In this document: one piece after another, positions 57,147 to 64,000 of the stretch | How the letters are laid out: each line of letters starts with the position of its first letter | How positions within the stretch are numbered: the stretch's first letter is position 1 | Assembly: GCA_963718575.1 (NCBI GenBank) | Contig: OY970358.1 | Location: 514,172 to 578,171 of the forward strand | Length of the DNA stretch: 64,000 bases | Reading direction: 5' to 3' | Origin: an uncultured bacterium | Lineage (GTDB): Bacteria > Patescibacteriota > Minisyncoccia > UBA6257 > 2-01-FULL-56-20 | Program-made: the position numbers and the translations under genes | Notes under the pieces: model-generated | Seen by the model: only the letters and a program-made list of their open reading frames with translations | Databases searched by the model: none | What the model was told of the DNA's origin: nothing

Positions 57147-57479
57147 TCAGGCGTAGATATTTATTTCTGGAAAACCCGCTTCCTCCCGCGGAACGTGGAT
57201 ACTGGTGATGTTTTTTTTGGGCAGCCCTTCGCAGTTCGGACAATAAGGCAAAGAGAATGTTTCGATTTTCTCTCCGTCCAGATATCGTGCCTCGATTTCT
57301 AACGGGTGAATGGTTGCGTAGCAGGTCGCCAATTGAATCCTGGCGCTGCATTCTGCGCAGATCCATTTTAGCGGCCACCACCCGACGAGCCGGTAGTGTC
57401 CTAAATAATAACTCCTGATTACTGCAATAAAGCCTTCCCGTGTCAATCCTTCCGGCGGAGCTTCCATGTTCTTCGCCAC
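57147..57479 (-). CDS. hypothetical protein with CxxC...CPNC zinc-ribbon-like motif
   Basis: 110-aa ORF in an otherwise gene-free gap, ending at the bidirectional terminator. Confidence 0.4.
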   Translation of the reverse strand: MAKNMEAPPEGLTREGFIAVIRSYYLGHYRLVGWWPLKWICAECSARIQLATCYATIHPLEIEARYLDGEKIETFSLPYCPNCEGLPKKNITSIHVPREEAGFPEINIYA

Positions 57480-57567
57480 CTTTCTTTTTATATTTTACAA
57501 ACTTATAGATAAATTGTCAAACAACCTCGTTCCTTCATCCGCCCACGAGTGGTGTTAGAATATAGTC

Positions 57568-59355
57568 ATGCCCGAGTCATCCAACCAATCCATCGCCGAA
57601 GTCCTGCGCCAGATCGGCGAGTATTTGGCGATGCAGCACGTGCAGTTCAAGCCACGCGCGTTCGAGAAAGCGGCGGAGACGGTGGGCGCGTTCGAGGAAG
57701 AGGTGGCGGAGACATATAAAAAAGGCGGCATCAAGGCACTCAAGGAAATTCCGGGCGTGGGCCAATCAATTGCGGAGATTATAGAGGAGCTTGTGACGAA
57801 GGGGCGCAGCACGGAATATGAAAAGTTGAAGAAGGCGACGCCGGTGCGCCTGGACGAGCTCGCGCGCGTGGAAGGTCTCGGGCCGAAATCGATCCAGAGA
57901 TTATATAAAGAGCTCGGGGTAAAAAATCTGAAAGACCTGGAGGCGGCGGCGAAGAAGGGGAAGATCGGCGCGCTCGAAGGTTTTGGAAAAAAGAGCGAGG
58001 AGAAAATTTTAAAAGGAATTGGATTCGCGAAAAGTTCCGGCGTGCGATTCATCACCGGGCTCATGTTGCCGCAGATCCGCGAGATCGAGGCGCGGCTTGC
58101 CGCCGTGCCGGGCGTCACGAAAGTGACCGTCGCCGGATCGGCGCGGCGGCGCAAGGAGACGATGGGCGATCTCGACATCCTCGCCGTCTCGGCGAAGCCC
58201 AAGCTCATCATGGATGAATTCGTTTCCAAAACGCCGGGCCTGATGACCGTCATCGCGAACGGGCCGACAAAGTCTTCCATAAAGATCAGGCCGGGGTTGA
58301 ATATCGATCTGCGCGTGGTGCCCGCAGAATCTTACGGCGCGGCGTTGAATTATTTCACCGGCTCCAAAGAACACAACGTCGTGATCCGTGCGCGCGCCAA
58401 TAGGCTGGGGTTGACGCTCAATGAGTACGGACTTTTCAAGATCACGGAAGGATCAACAAAGAAGGGCGCGGAGCAGGAGGGCGCGCGCATCGCGAGCCGG
58501 AGCGAGGAGGAGATTTATAAAGCGCTCAGGATGGCGTACGTGGAGCCGGAGCTTCGCGAGAATACCGGCGAGGTGGAGGCCGCGGTGCGGGAGTTCGAAA
58601 AGAAACCCGGCGGTCTGCCAAAATTGATCGGCTACAACGATCTTCAGGGCGATTTACAAGTGCAAACGAACTGGACTGACGGCAGTGATTCGATCGAAAC
58701 GATGGCGCTCGCCGCTATGAAGCGCGGCTTGAAATATATCGTGATCACCGATCACACCAAGCGTCTTGCGATGACGCACGGCCTCGACGAGAAGCGCATC
58801 CGCGATCAGTGGAAAGAGATCGATGCGGTGAACAAAAAACTGGGCGGGAAAATAAGAATATTGAAAGGCGCCGAGTGCGATATTTTGAAAGACGGCACGC
58901 TCGACCTCGATGACGAGACGCTTTCAAAACTGGATGTCGTCGGCGTGTCGGTGCACTCGTTCTTTAATCTTTCGCGCGCGGAGCAGACGGCGCGCGTAAC
59001 GCGGGCGATGTCGAATCCGAACGTCGACATTTTCTTCCATCCCACGGGCCGGCTCATCAACAAGCGCGCGCCGTATGACATCGACATCGACGAGGTCATC
59101 GCGACGGCAAAACATACCGGCACGATTTTAGAGATCGACGCGCTCCCGGAGCGGAGCGACCTTAAAGACGAATACATCCGCAAGTGCGTGGAGGCGGGCG
59201 TGAAGATGTCCATCGATTCCGATGCGCACGCCGCGGCGCACTTCGGCTTCCTCGAATGCGGCATCGCGCAGGCGCGCCGCGGCTGGGCGGAGAAGGAGGA
59301 TATCGTGAATGCGTGGCCGCTCGAGAAGATGTTGGGGTTTTTAAAGAAGAAATAG
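57568..59355 (+). CDS. polX: DNA polymerase X family protein with C-terminal PHP phosphoesterase domain
   Basis: Pol-beta-like N-terminal HhH and lyase region, nucleotidyltransferase core (GSARRRKETMGDLDIL), and a PHP domain (ITDHT...H...D...H). 595 aa. Confidence 0.88.
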   Translation: MPESSNQSIAEVLRQIGEYLAMQHVQFKPRAFEKAAETVGAFEEEVAETYKKGGIKALKEIPGVGQSIAEIIEELVTKGRSTEYEKLKKATPVRLDELARVEGLGPKSIQRLYKELGVKNLKDLEAAAKKGKIGALEGFGKKSEEKILKGIGFAKSSGVRFITGLMLPQIREIEARLAAVPGVTKVTVAGSARRRKETMGDLDILAVSAKPKLIMDEFVSKTPGLMTVIANGPTKSSIKIRPGLNIDLRVVPAESYGAALNYFTGSKEHNVVIRARANRLGLTLNEYGLFKITEGSTKKGAEQEGARIASRSEEEIYKALRMAYVEPELRENTGEVEAAVREFEKKPGGLPKLIGYNDLQGDLQVQTNWTDGSDSIETMALAAMKRGLKYIVITDHTKRLAMTHGLDEKRIRDQWKEIDAVNKKLGGKIRILKGAECDILKDGTLDLDDETLSKLDVVGVSVHSFFNLSRAEQTARVTRAMSNPNVDIFFHPTGRLINKRAPYDIDIDEVIATAKHTGTILEIDALPERSDLKDEYIRKCVEAGVKMSIDSDAHAAAHFGFLECGIAQARRGWAEKEDIVNAWPLEKMLGFLKKK

Positions 59356-59408
59356 TTTTCCCGCCATTAAATTTTGATTAACCCGGCCGGCAATGCTACA
59401 ATCTTTTC

Positions 59409-59963
59409 ATGCCGTCAGCCCGCGAAATAGACGAATCAAAGCGTATCCCAACCAAAAAACAGGTCGTGGCCGGCTTTGTGGTCTATCGCAAAACGAGCGA
59501 CGGAATAAAATTTTTACTGCTGTACCGGCGCGGCAATTATTGGAACTTCCCGAAAGGCCACTTCAAACCGGGCGAGCGCACGATCGACGTTGCGCTTCGC
59601 GAGCTGGAAGAAGAGACGGGGATCAAAAAGAGCGAGTTGCGTATGCTCCCGAACTTCCGCGCGTACGAACGTTTCTATTTTAAGATCGGCAATCAGGGGA
59701 TTTACGACACCGTCATTTTATTTTTGGCAGAGACGCATAAGGCGGATATCCGCATCGAACCGCGCGAGCATAGCGGGTATGGCTGGTTCCTCTATCACGA
59801 TGCGCTGAACGTGATCGGAAAAAAGTATGGCGATACGCGAAAGGTGTTGAAGCAGGCGAGCGACTACCTGAAGCCGCACAAGCGTCCGGCGGTGAAGGCC
59901 GGTGCCCCTGCGGTGCATACAGCGCAAAGCCCCGCGGTTGTAAAAGAGGTAAAAAGTCATTAA
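59409..59963 (+). CDS. NUDIX hydrolase
   Basis: Nudix box GHFKPGERTIDVALRELEEETGI (GX5EX7REUXEEXGU). Confidence 0.85.
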   Translation: MPSAREIDESKRIPTKKQVVAGFVVYRKTSDGIKFLLLYRRGNYWNFPKGHFKPGERTIDVALRELEEETGIKKSELRMLPNFRAYERFYFKIGNQGIYDTVILFLAETHKADIRIEPREHSGYGWFLYHDALNVIGKKYGDTRKVLKQASDYLKPHKRPAVKAGAPAVHTAQSPAVVKEVKSH

Positions 59964-60069
59964 CGACAAAAGGCGCCGCGCGTCGGAATCTATTATCTTT
60001 TAAAATCACAATTCGTGATTTTAAAAGATAGGATTTATGCAGGACATCATTGCCTGGGGCTTATGAGCA

Positions 60070-60108
60070 AAATAAAAACCTCCAGACTTTGGAGGTTTTT
60101 ATTTTTTG
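60070..60108. terminator. bidirectional Rho-independent terminator (aaaaacctccag acttt ggaggttttt)
   Basis: Seen in sequence between the NUDIX gene (+) and rplT (-). Confidence 0.65.
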
Positions 60109-60110
60109 AT

Positions 60111-60464
60111 CTACTTTGCCGATTTGGTTGCGGCAACCACTTTCTTGAACACCGCCGGTTCGTGCTCCGCGAGGTCCGCGAGGATCTTGCGATCGATCTT
60201 GATGCCTGCTTTCTTGAGCGCCGCGATGAATGTGCTGTAGTTCATCCCTTCGGGGCGGATGGCGGCGTTGATCTTGACGGTCCAGAGCTGGCGGAAGGTG
60301 CGCTTCTTTTCCTTGCGGCCGCGGAAAGCATGAACCCAGGCGTGAAGTAATGCCTCCTTGGCGGCGCGCTCCTTTGATTTGCGGCCCCATTTAAAACCCT
60401 TGGTGTATTTAAGGGTCTTCTCGCGATGCTTATGAGCGTTTACTCCTCTTTTTACGCGTGGCAT
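60111..60464 (-). CDS. rplT: 50S ribosomal protein L20
   Basis: MPRVKRGVNAHKHREKTLKYTKGF... canonical L20, 117 aa. Confidence 0.95.
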   Translation of the reverse strand: MPRVKRGVNAHKHREKTLKYTKGFKWGRKSKERAAKEALLHAWVHAFRGRKEKKRTFRQLWTVKINAAIRPEGMNYSTFIAALKKAGIKIDRKILADLAEHEPAVFKKVVAATKSAK

Positions 60465-60484
60465 GGTGGTGGTTTAACGGGAAA

Positions 60485-60655
60485 TTAATTATTCAAAATG
60501 GTTCGGAGCGGCATATCGAGCGAGCGCTTCTTGCGGGAATCACGGTTCATTTTACTGCTTTTGCGGGTCTTAAAATGGCCCACGCCTCCGCGCCGGCGAA
60601 CGATCTTTCCGTTCTTTGTGATCTTTATCCTCTTAGTTACGCTCTTGGAAGGCAT
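60485..60655 (-). CDS. rpmI: 50S ribosomal protein L35
   Basis: MPSKSVTKRIKITKNGKIVRRRGGVGHFKTRKS... canonical L35. Start is an internal Met of track ORF 60485-60682. Confidence 0.9.
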   Translation of the reverse strand: MPSKSVTKRIKITKNGKIVRRRGGVGHFKTRKSSKMNRDSRKKRSLDMPLRTILNN

Positions 60656-60727
60656 TTCAGTAAAAAGAGCCGGATGGCTCAATGACAGTAAGCTTACTAC
60701 AGCTTTTCCGGATTGGCAATACCCGGC

Positions 60728-61141
60728 TTATCTCTCCGAGTGGTCAACGATATTGATATTTTTAACAACCGCTCCGACCGCCTGAGCTAAACGTTTCCGC
60801 TTTGCCTTTAATTCAGCATATTTTTCAGCGGTGATATTTGTCTCGTCTTTGATAAGCTGCAATTTATTGACAATAAGCCTTAACGCCTCCCTCGCAGGCT
60901 CTCGTATCGGGTGATTCGGCGCTTCTTCCGGGGTGAGATCTGTGATGGCATTCAACGCTATAATGTCGTGGGTCTGCTCAAAATTTTCAAACATGCCTTC
61001 AAGCTCTTCGATTTCCGGCCCGGCTTCGCGGCGTTTTTCCGGCGGGATCTCTCCTGTCCCGTACTTCGCCATCCACGCGTCGATTATCTCCTGTTTTTCC
61101 TTGCTAAAACTCTCAATGGGCTTTTCAGGGTTTTCATTCAT
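60728..61141 (-). CDS. hypothetical acidic protein inserted between infC and rpmI
   Basis: 137-aa ORF, Glu/Pro-rich N-terminal half. No family assigned. Interrupts the usually contiguous infC-rpmI-rplT array. Confidence 0.45.
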   Translation of the reverse strand: MNENPEKPIESFSKEKQEIIDAWMAKYGTGEIPPEKRREAGPEIEELEGMFENFEQTHDIIALNAITDLTPEEAPNHPIREPAREALRLIVNKLQLIKDETNITAEKYAELKAKRKRLAQAVGAVVKNINIVDHSER

Positions 61142-61173
61142 GCTTTCATAGTACTCTTTAAGATTAAAATAAA

Positions 61174-61238
61174 ATACCCCTCCCTTTGAGCGAGTGGACG
61201 TTCCTACGTTGGAGCGAAAAGGGAGGGGTATTTTATTT
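61174..61238. repeat. copy 3 of conserved hairpin-embedded element (outer stem atacccctccctt/aagggaggggtat; core TGAGCGAGTGGACGTTCCTACGTTGGAGCGAAA) plus T-run, directly downstream of infC
   Basis: Seen in sequence. Confidence 0.65.
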
Positions 61239-61739
61239 CTTTGCGATCTGCACCGCCGGGCCGTTGCCCAAAAACTTCGGCTCGTTGAGCTTCTTATACT
61301 CCACGGGGATCAACGTTAAAAATTCCTTGAGCTTTTCCATTGCCCAATCCTTGTTGCGCTTCTCGCGGCCCCGAAGGCGCATGTTCACTTCCACGGGATG
61401 GCCCTGCGCGAAGAACTTTTCCACTTGCTTTACCTTGACCATGAGGTCGTTGTGCGCGGCTTTGGCGCTGATTTGCACGGACTTCATCGCTGCGGTCTTC
61501 TGCGCCGCGCGCTCCTTTTTAATCCGTTTTTCTTCCTCGTAGCGGAATTTATCGTAGCTCATCAGCCGCACGACGGGCGGTTTTGCTGCGGCGGAGATCT
61601 CTATGAGGTCGATGCCGTCGTCCGGGCGGGCGAGGGCAAGCGCGTCGGCGCGCGACATGACGCCAAGATTTTCTCCTGTTTCGCCAATGACGCGGAGTTC
61701 TGGAGCGGTTATTTGATTGTTGATGCGGGGTTTAATAAT
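61233..61739 (-). CDS. infC: translation initiation factor IF-3, probable non-AUG (ATT) start
   Basis: The C-terminal domain is clear in track ORF 61233-61658. The reading frame stays open upstream and encodes the conserved N-terminal IF3 sequence (IIKPRINNQITAPELRVIGETGENLGV). An in-frame ATT ATT sits at about 61734-61739. infC classically uses AUU for autoregulation. Confidence 0.8.
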   Translation of the reverse strand: MIKPRINNQITAPELRVIGETGENLGVMSRADALALARPDDGIDLIEISAAAKPPVVRLMSYDKFRYEEEKRIKKERAAQKTAAMKSVQISAKAAHNDLMVKVKQVEKFFAQGHPVEVNMRLRGREKRNKDWAMEKLKEFLTLIPVEYKKLNEPKFLGNGPAVQIAKK

Positions 61740-61804
61740 GCCTCTATTATATCAGCTGTGGTAGAATAATCAAAACGGTTGGGCCTGGTCCGACCATAAC
61801 GATC

Positions 61805-62398
61805 ATGGACGAAAATCCCATAACTCACCCGGGCGTGCCCGAAGAGGTCTATCATACGATGGGGAAGAAGACGTTTTGGATCTTTTTCCTGGAGCGTATT
61901 CATGCGGCGTTCATTTTACTTCTGCTTGCGATTGCGCTCTTTATCGTGAGCCGGCAGGCGTTCCTTGCGACGACGCAGTTCGGCGACCTTACGCGCTACG
62001 CCGTGGCCGCGTGGGAGCTCTGCGGGCTGCTCTTTGTCATCGTGCTTGCGATCTCGCTCTTTGTGGCATGGCTTGTCTACTCGACGTATAAATTTTCGCT
62101 CGGCGACGATTCGCTAAAAATAAAGCGCGGAATTTTAAACAAAGAAGAGGTGGCGATCCCGTACCGGCAGATCCAGGACGTGGACATCAAGCGCGATCTC
62201 TCGTTTCAGCTGATCGGGCTCAGTAAGATCATCATCATCACTGCGGGCCACGAAGAGGACGAAAAACCCGGCGACGATGACACGGAAGGCATCCTTCCCG
62301 CGCTCGACAAGGATCTTGCCGAATGGCTCCAGGCGGAATTACTCAAGCGCGCGAACGTGCAAAAGGTGACCGAAGAAGCTCCTGTGCTACAAAAATAA
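61805..62398 (+). CDS. membrane protein with bacterial PH (bPH_2 / YdbS-YdbT-like) domain
   Basis: Two-TM hairpin (FILLLLAIALFIV..., LLFVIVLAISLFVAWLV) followed by a bPH-like segment (YKFSLGDDSLKIKRGILNKEEVAIPYRQIQDVDIKRDLSFQLIGLSKI) and an acidic tail. Confidence 0.6.
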   Translation: MDENPITHPGVPEEVYHTMGKKTFWIFFLERIHAAFILLLLAIALFIVSRQAFLATTQFGDLTRYAVAAWELCGLLFVIVLAISLFVAWLVYSTYKFSLGDDSLKIKRGILNKEEVAIPYRQIQDVDIKRDLSFQLIGLSKIIIITAGHEEDEKPGDDDTEGILPALDKDLAEWLQAELLKRANVQKVTEEAPVLQK

Positions 62399-62468
62399 AA
62401 ACCCCATTGCCGTTGAGCGAGTGGACGTTCTTACGTCGGAGCGAAACAGGGATGGGGTTTTTATTTTA
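62393..62468. repeat. copy 4 of conserved hairpin-embedded element (outer stem aaaaccccat.../...atggggtttt; core TGAGCGAGTGGACGTTCTTACGTCGGAGCGAAA) plus T-run, between convergent genes
   Basis: Seen in sequence. Confidence 0.65.
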
Positions 62469-62675
62469 TTTACTGCAGCAGCCGCACCGGACCATCTTTG
62501 CGCATCCAAGGATGATCAAGAGGATCGGCCACGTGACGGCGACGAATCCCGCCGTCAACGCGCCGGTCGCTCCCAGGAGGAAGTCGAGGCCGATGAGGAC
62601 GAGCATGATCGGCAATACTTTGTGGTGAGGGCAGTTGCACATTGGGCCCTTGCCGACTATCTTTGTTTCTTCCAT
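62466..62675 (-). CDS. small Cys-rich membrane protein (hypothetical)
   Basis: 69 aa. One TM helix flanked by CNCPHH and a C-terminal CGCCSK. Ends inside the copy-4 terminator element. Confidence 0.35.
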   Translation of the reverse strand: MEETKIVGKGPMCNCPHHKVLPIMLVLIGLDFLLGATGALTAGFVAVTWPILLIILGCAKMVRCGCCSK

Positions 62676-62739
62676 AAAAAATTAAAAATCGATAAAATTT
62701 ATTATTTCGACCTTTGATCGCATTCTTGTACTCTTTTAT

Positions 62740-62765
62740 TTTACCATTATTTGTGCTATAATAGC
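62740..62765 (+). promoter_or_regulatory. extended -10 promoter candidate for tmRNA (tgcTATAAT)
   Basis: Seen in sequence about 15-20 nt upstream of the predicted mature tmRNA 5' end. -35 weak. Confidence 0.3.
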
Positions 62766-62779
62766 GGCAGCCTTATCGA

Positions 62780-63097
62780 AGGGAGCGCACTGGCTTCGAT
62801 AGAGATAATCCATGGGTTTGCGAGCCGTTGGCAACGCCGTAACCGTTGCACAACCTATAACTGCCAACTCTAACGTTGCAGCTCCGAGGGCTTTCGCTTT
62901 CGCGTAACCTCTCGGGATCGGCTAGCTTGGGTTCCTTAGGCTAATACCGGTCTTATATAAGGGGACTAGCGTCAGGTTGACGATCATACGCCCGGCGCGA
63001 AAATATGATCACTTCGCTTAGCCTCGCTAAACTACGCTCGTAGACGGCCCATCGGCATTATCTTTACACGGCGGTTCGATTCCGCCCGCTTCCACAC
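62780..63097 (+). ncRNA. ssrA: transfer-messenger RNA (tmRNA, SsrA), standard one-piece form
   Basis: tRNA-like 3' end: T-arm ggcgg-ttcgatt-ccgcc, then acceptor strand cgcttcc that pairs with the 5' gggagcg. Internal tag ORF ...GCC AAC TCT AAC GTT GCA GCT CCG AGG GCT TTC GCT TTC GCG TAA encodes roughly ANSNVAAPRAFAFA*. Ends accurate to a few nt. Confidence 0.75.
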
Positions 63098-63998
63098 CCT
63101 GTGATTTAGAGGTAGCAAAATGCTCAAAAACCCTTAAAGGAAGGCACAAAGGAGCGGTTCTAAATCCAAATCCTCGGTCATAGAAAACGAGACCCTCAAA
63201 AACGAGGTTCAGCACCATATTTTTTTCGCTCAAATCGCCCTCAATCCACTTGTTATATGGGTCTTTTAGATAATCGAATACCATTTGCAGGGCGGTTCTA
63301 AATTCGATTCTCGGCTTCTTTGCGGGATCGTTTTTCTCCGTTAGCTTTTCCTCTTTCGCCGCCAGCTCCTCAATCTGTTTCTCATATTCCCGACGAACGC
63401 GCTCACTGGTCGCTCTCCGTGCCAGCTTTGAGAGGTCGCGTATCTCCGTCTGAATCCCCGCGATTTCGCCAGTCTCCCTCTTTTCGCCATCGGCCCGCTC
63501 TGCCACGCGCTTTTCCCATTTTTCGTAGAGCATCGCTTCGCTGATTTTGAGAACAAGAGGCTTCGGACGGATTTCCTGCAACATGGTCCTGAATTGTGTT
63601 TCTATAAGCTCAACAGGAATGCTCTTAGTGTGTTCGGGGCATGCAGTATTGGCACAACGATAATACGGCCGCCTATAACCCTTTTTCTTAGTCGTATATG
63701 AAGCAGTAAAAGGCCGTCCACAATTGCCACAGGCGATCTGCGTATGGCGCAAAGGGAAGTCCTCGCGCATGTCCGCTCTCGTCCTTACCGGACTGCGGCC
63801 TTCAATTTTTCGCAAAATCTTTTGGTAAGTTGCTAGGTCAATGAGTGGCTGATGATGGCCCTGTCGCCGTACTACCTCCCACGGCTCATATTGGATAAAT
63901 CCGGCATATATCCATACCCTCGCCAATAAGCGATTCGCCAACTGGAAGGGTACTTTGCTTTTGCCGATGAAGTCTTGCTCTCCTAAATAGCGAGCCAT
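63027..63998 (-). CDS. large serine recombinase, C-terminal ~320 aa (recombinase domain end, zinc beta-ribbon, coiled-coil); gene continues beyond window end
   Basis: Zinc ribbon CGNCGRPFTASYTTKKKGYRRPYYRCANTACPEH, followed by a long coiled-coil. This is the typical large serine recombinase (phage integrase type) architecture. The final ~23 codons overlap the tmRNA 3' end. Confidence 0.75.
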   Translation of the reverse strand: MARYLGEQDFIGKSKVPFQLANRLLARVWIYAGFIQYEPWEVVRRQGHHQPLIDLATYQKILRKIEGRSPVRTRADMREDFPLRHTQIACGNCGRPFTASYTTKKKGYRRPYYRCANTACPEHTKSIPVELIETQFRTMLQEIRPKPLVLKISEAMLYEKWEKRVAERADGEKRETGEIAGIQTEIRDLSKLARRATSERVRREYEKQIEELAAKEEKLTEKNDPAKKPRIEFRTALQMVFDYLKDPYNKWIEGDLSEKNMVLNLVFEGLVFYDRGFGFRTAPLCLPLRVFEHFATSKSQGVEAGGIEPPCKDNADGPSTSVV

Positions 63999-64000
63999 GT
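63075..64000. mobile_element. edge of integrated element (prophage or integrative element) inserted at the tmRNA 3' end; extends past window
   Basis: A recombinase gene abuts and overlaps the 3' end of ssrA, a classic integration site. Element extent unknown. Confidence 0.5.

Noticed and set aside
56182-57381. 399-aa minus-strand ORF
   Set aside because: Arg/Asp-rich low-complexity translation antisense to the MFS-like gene, crossing a bidirectional terminator. Typical GC-rich shadow ORF.
1-64000. CRISPR arrays or cas genes
   Set aside because: No regularly spaced short repeats were seen. The only repeat families are the 28-nt pair and the four terminator-embedded cores, neither CRISPR-like.

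Overview
This 64-kb window looks like a gene-dense bacterial chromosome segment. Several features fit a reduced-genome, monoderm-type organism, possibly CPR/Patescibacteria-like; that lineage call is inference only. The features are a short-form YidC, Jag, a PrgI-type T4SS gene, an LTD protein, a PolX, and weak or absent Shine-Dalgarno sequences.

The chromosomal origin region is present. rpmH-rnpA-yidC-jag lie on the minus strand and diverge from dnaA-dnaN on the plus strand. DnaA-box-like motifs and an AT-rich stretch sit in the dnaA/dnaN spacer.

Housekeeping genes identified include tyrS, clpP, ppa, nusA, comM, a UvrD-like helicase, rsmA, ruvC-yebC, ruvB, ruvA, tsaE, a 5'-3' exonuclease, pyrG, holA, rpsT, murE, a beta-CASP RNase, a P-type ATPase, a family-4 UDG, a ClpB-like ATPase, polX, rplT-rpmI-infC, tRNA-Arg(CCG) and tmRNA.

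The main accessory feature is a roughly 12.5-kb co-directional cluster at 11675-24182. It resembles a Gram-positive/CPR-style type IV secretion-like system: a VirB6/TrbL-like polytopic protein, a PrgI/VirB3-like protein, a VirB4 ATPase split into two ORFs, and a VirB2-like pilin candidate. These sit with large secreted or membrane-anchored proteins and a proline-rich protein. No relaxase or coupling protein is seen.

Other notable observations:
- A conserved ~33-nt core occurs four times, each time inside a different outer hairpin and followed by a T-run. The inner stem shows compensatory base changes between copies.
- tmRNA has a large serine recombinase gene overlapping its 3' end. This looks like the edge of an integrated element that runs off the window.
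- A tandem pair of paralogous small genes each carries a conserved leader sequence.
- A 28-nt perfect direct repeat sits in an AT-rich spacer.
- A run of genes is interrupted by single-nucleotide frameshifts: PBP1A, an LTD protein, TsaE, a sensor histidine kinase, and possibly VirB4. This suggests either indel sequencing errors or gene decay.
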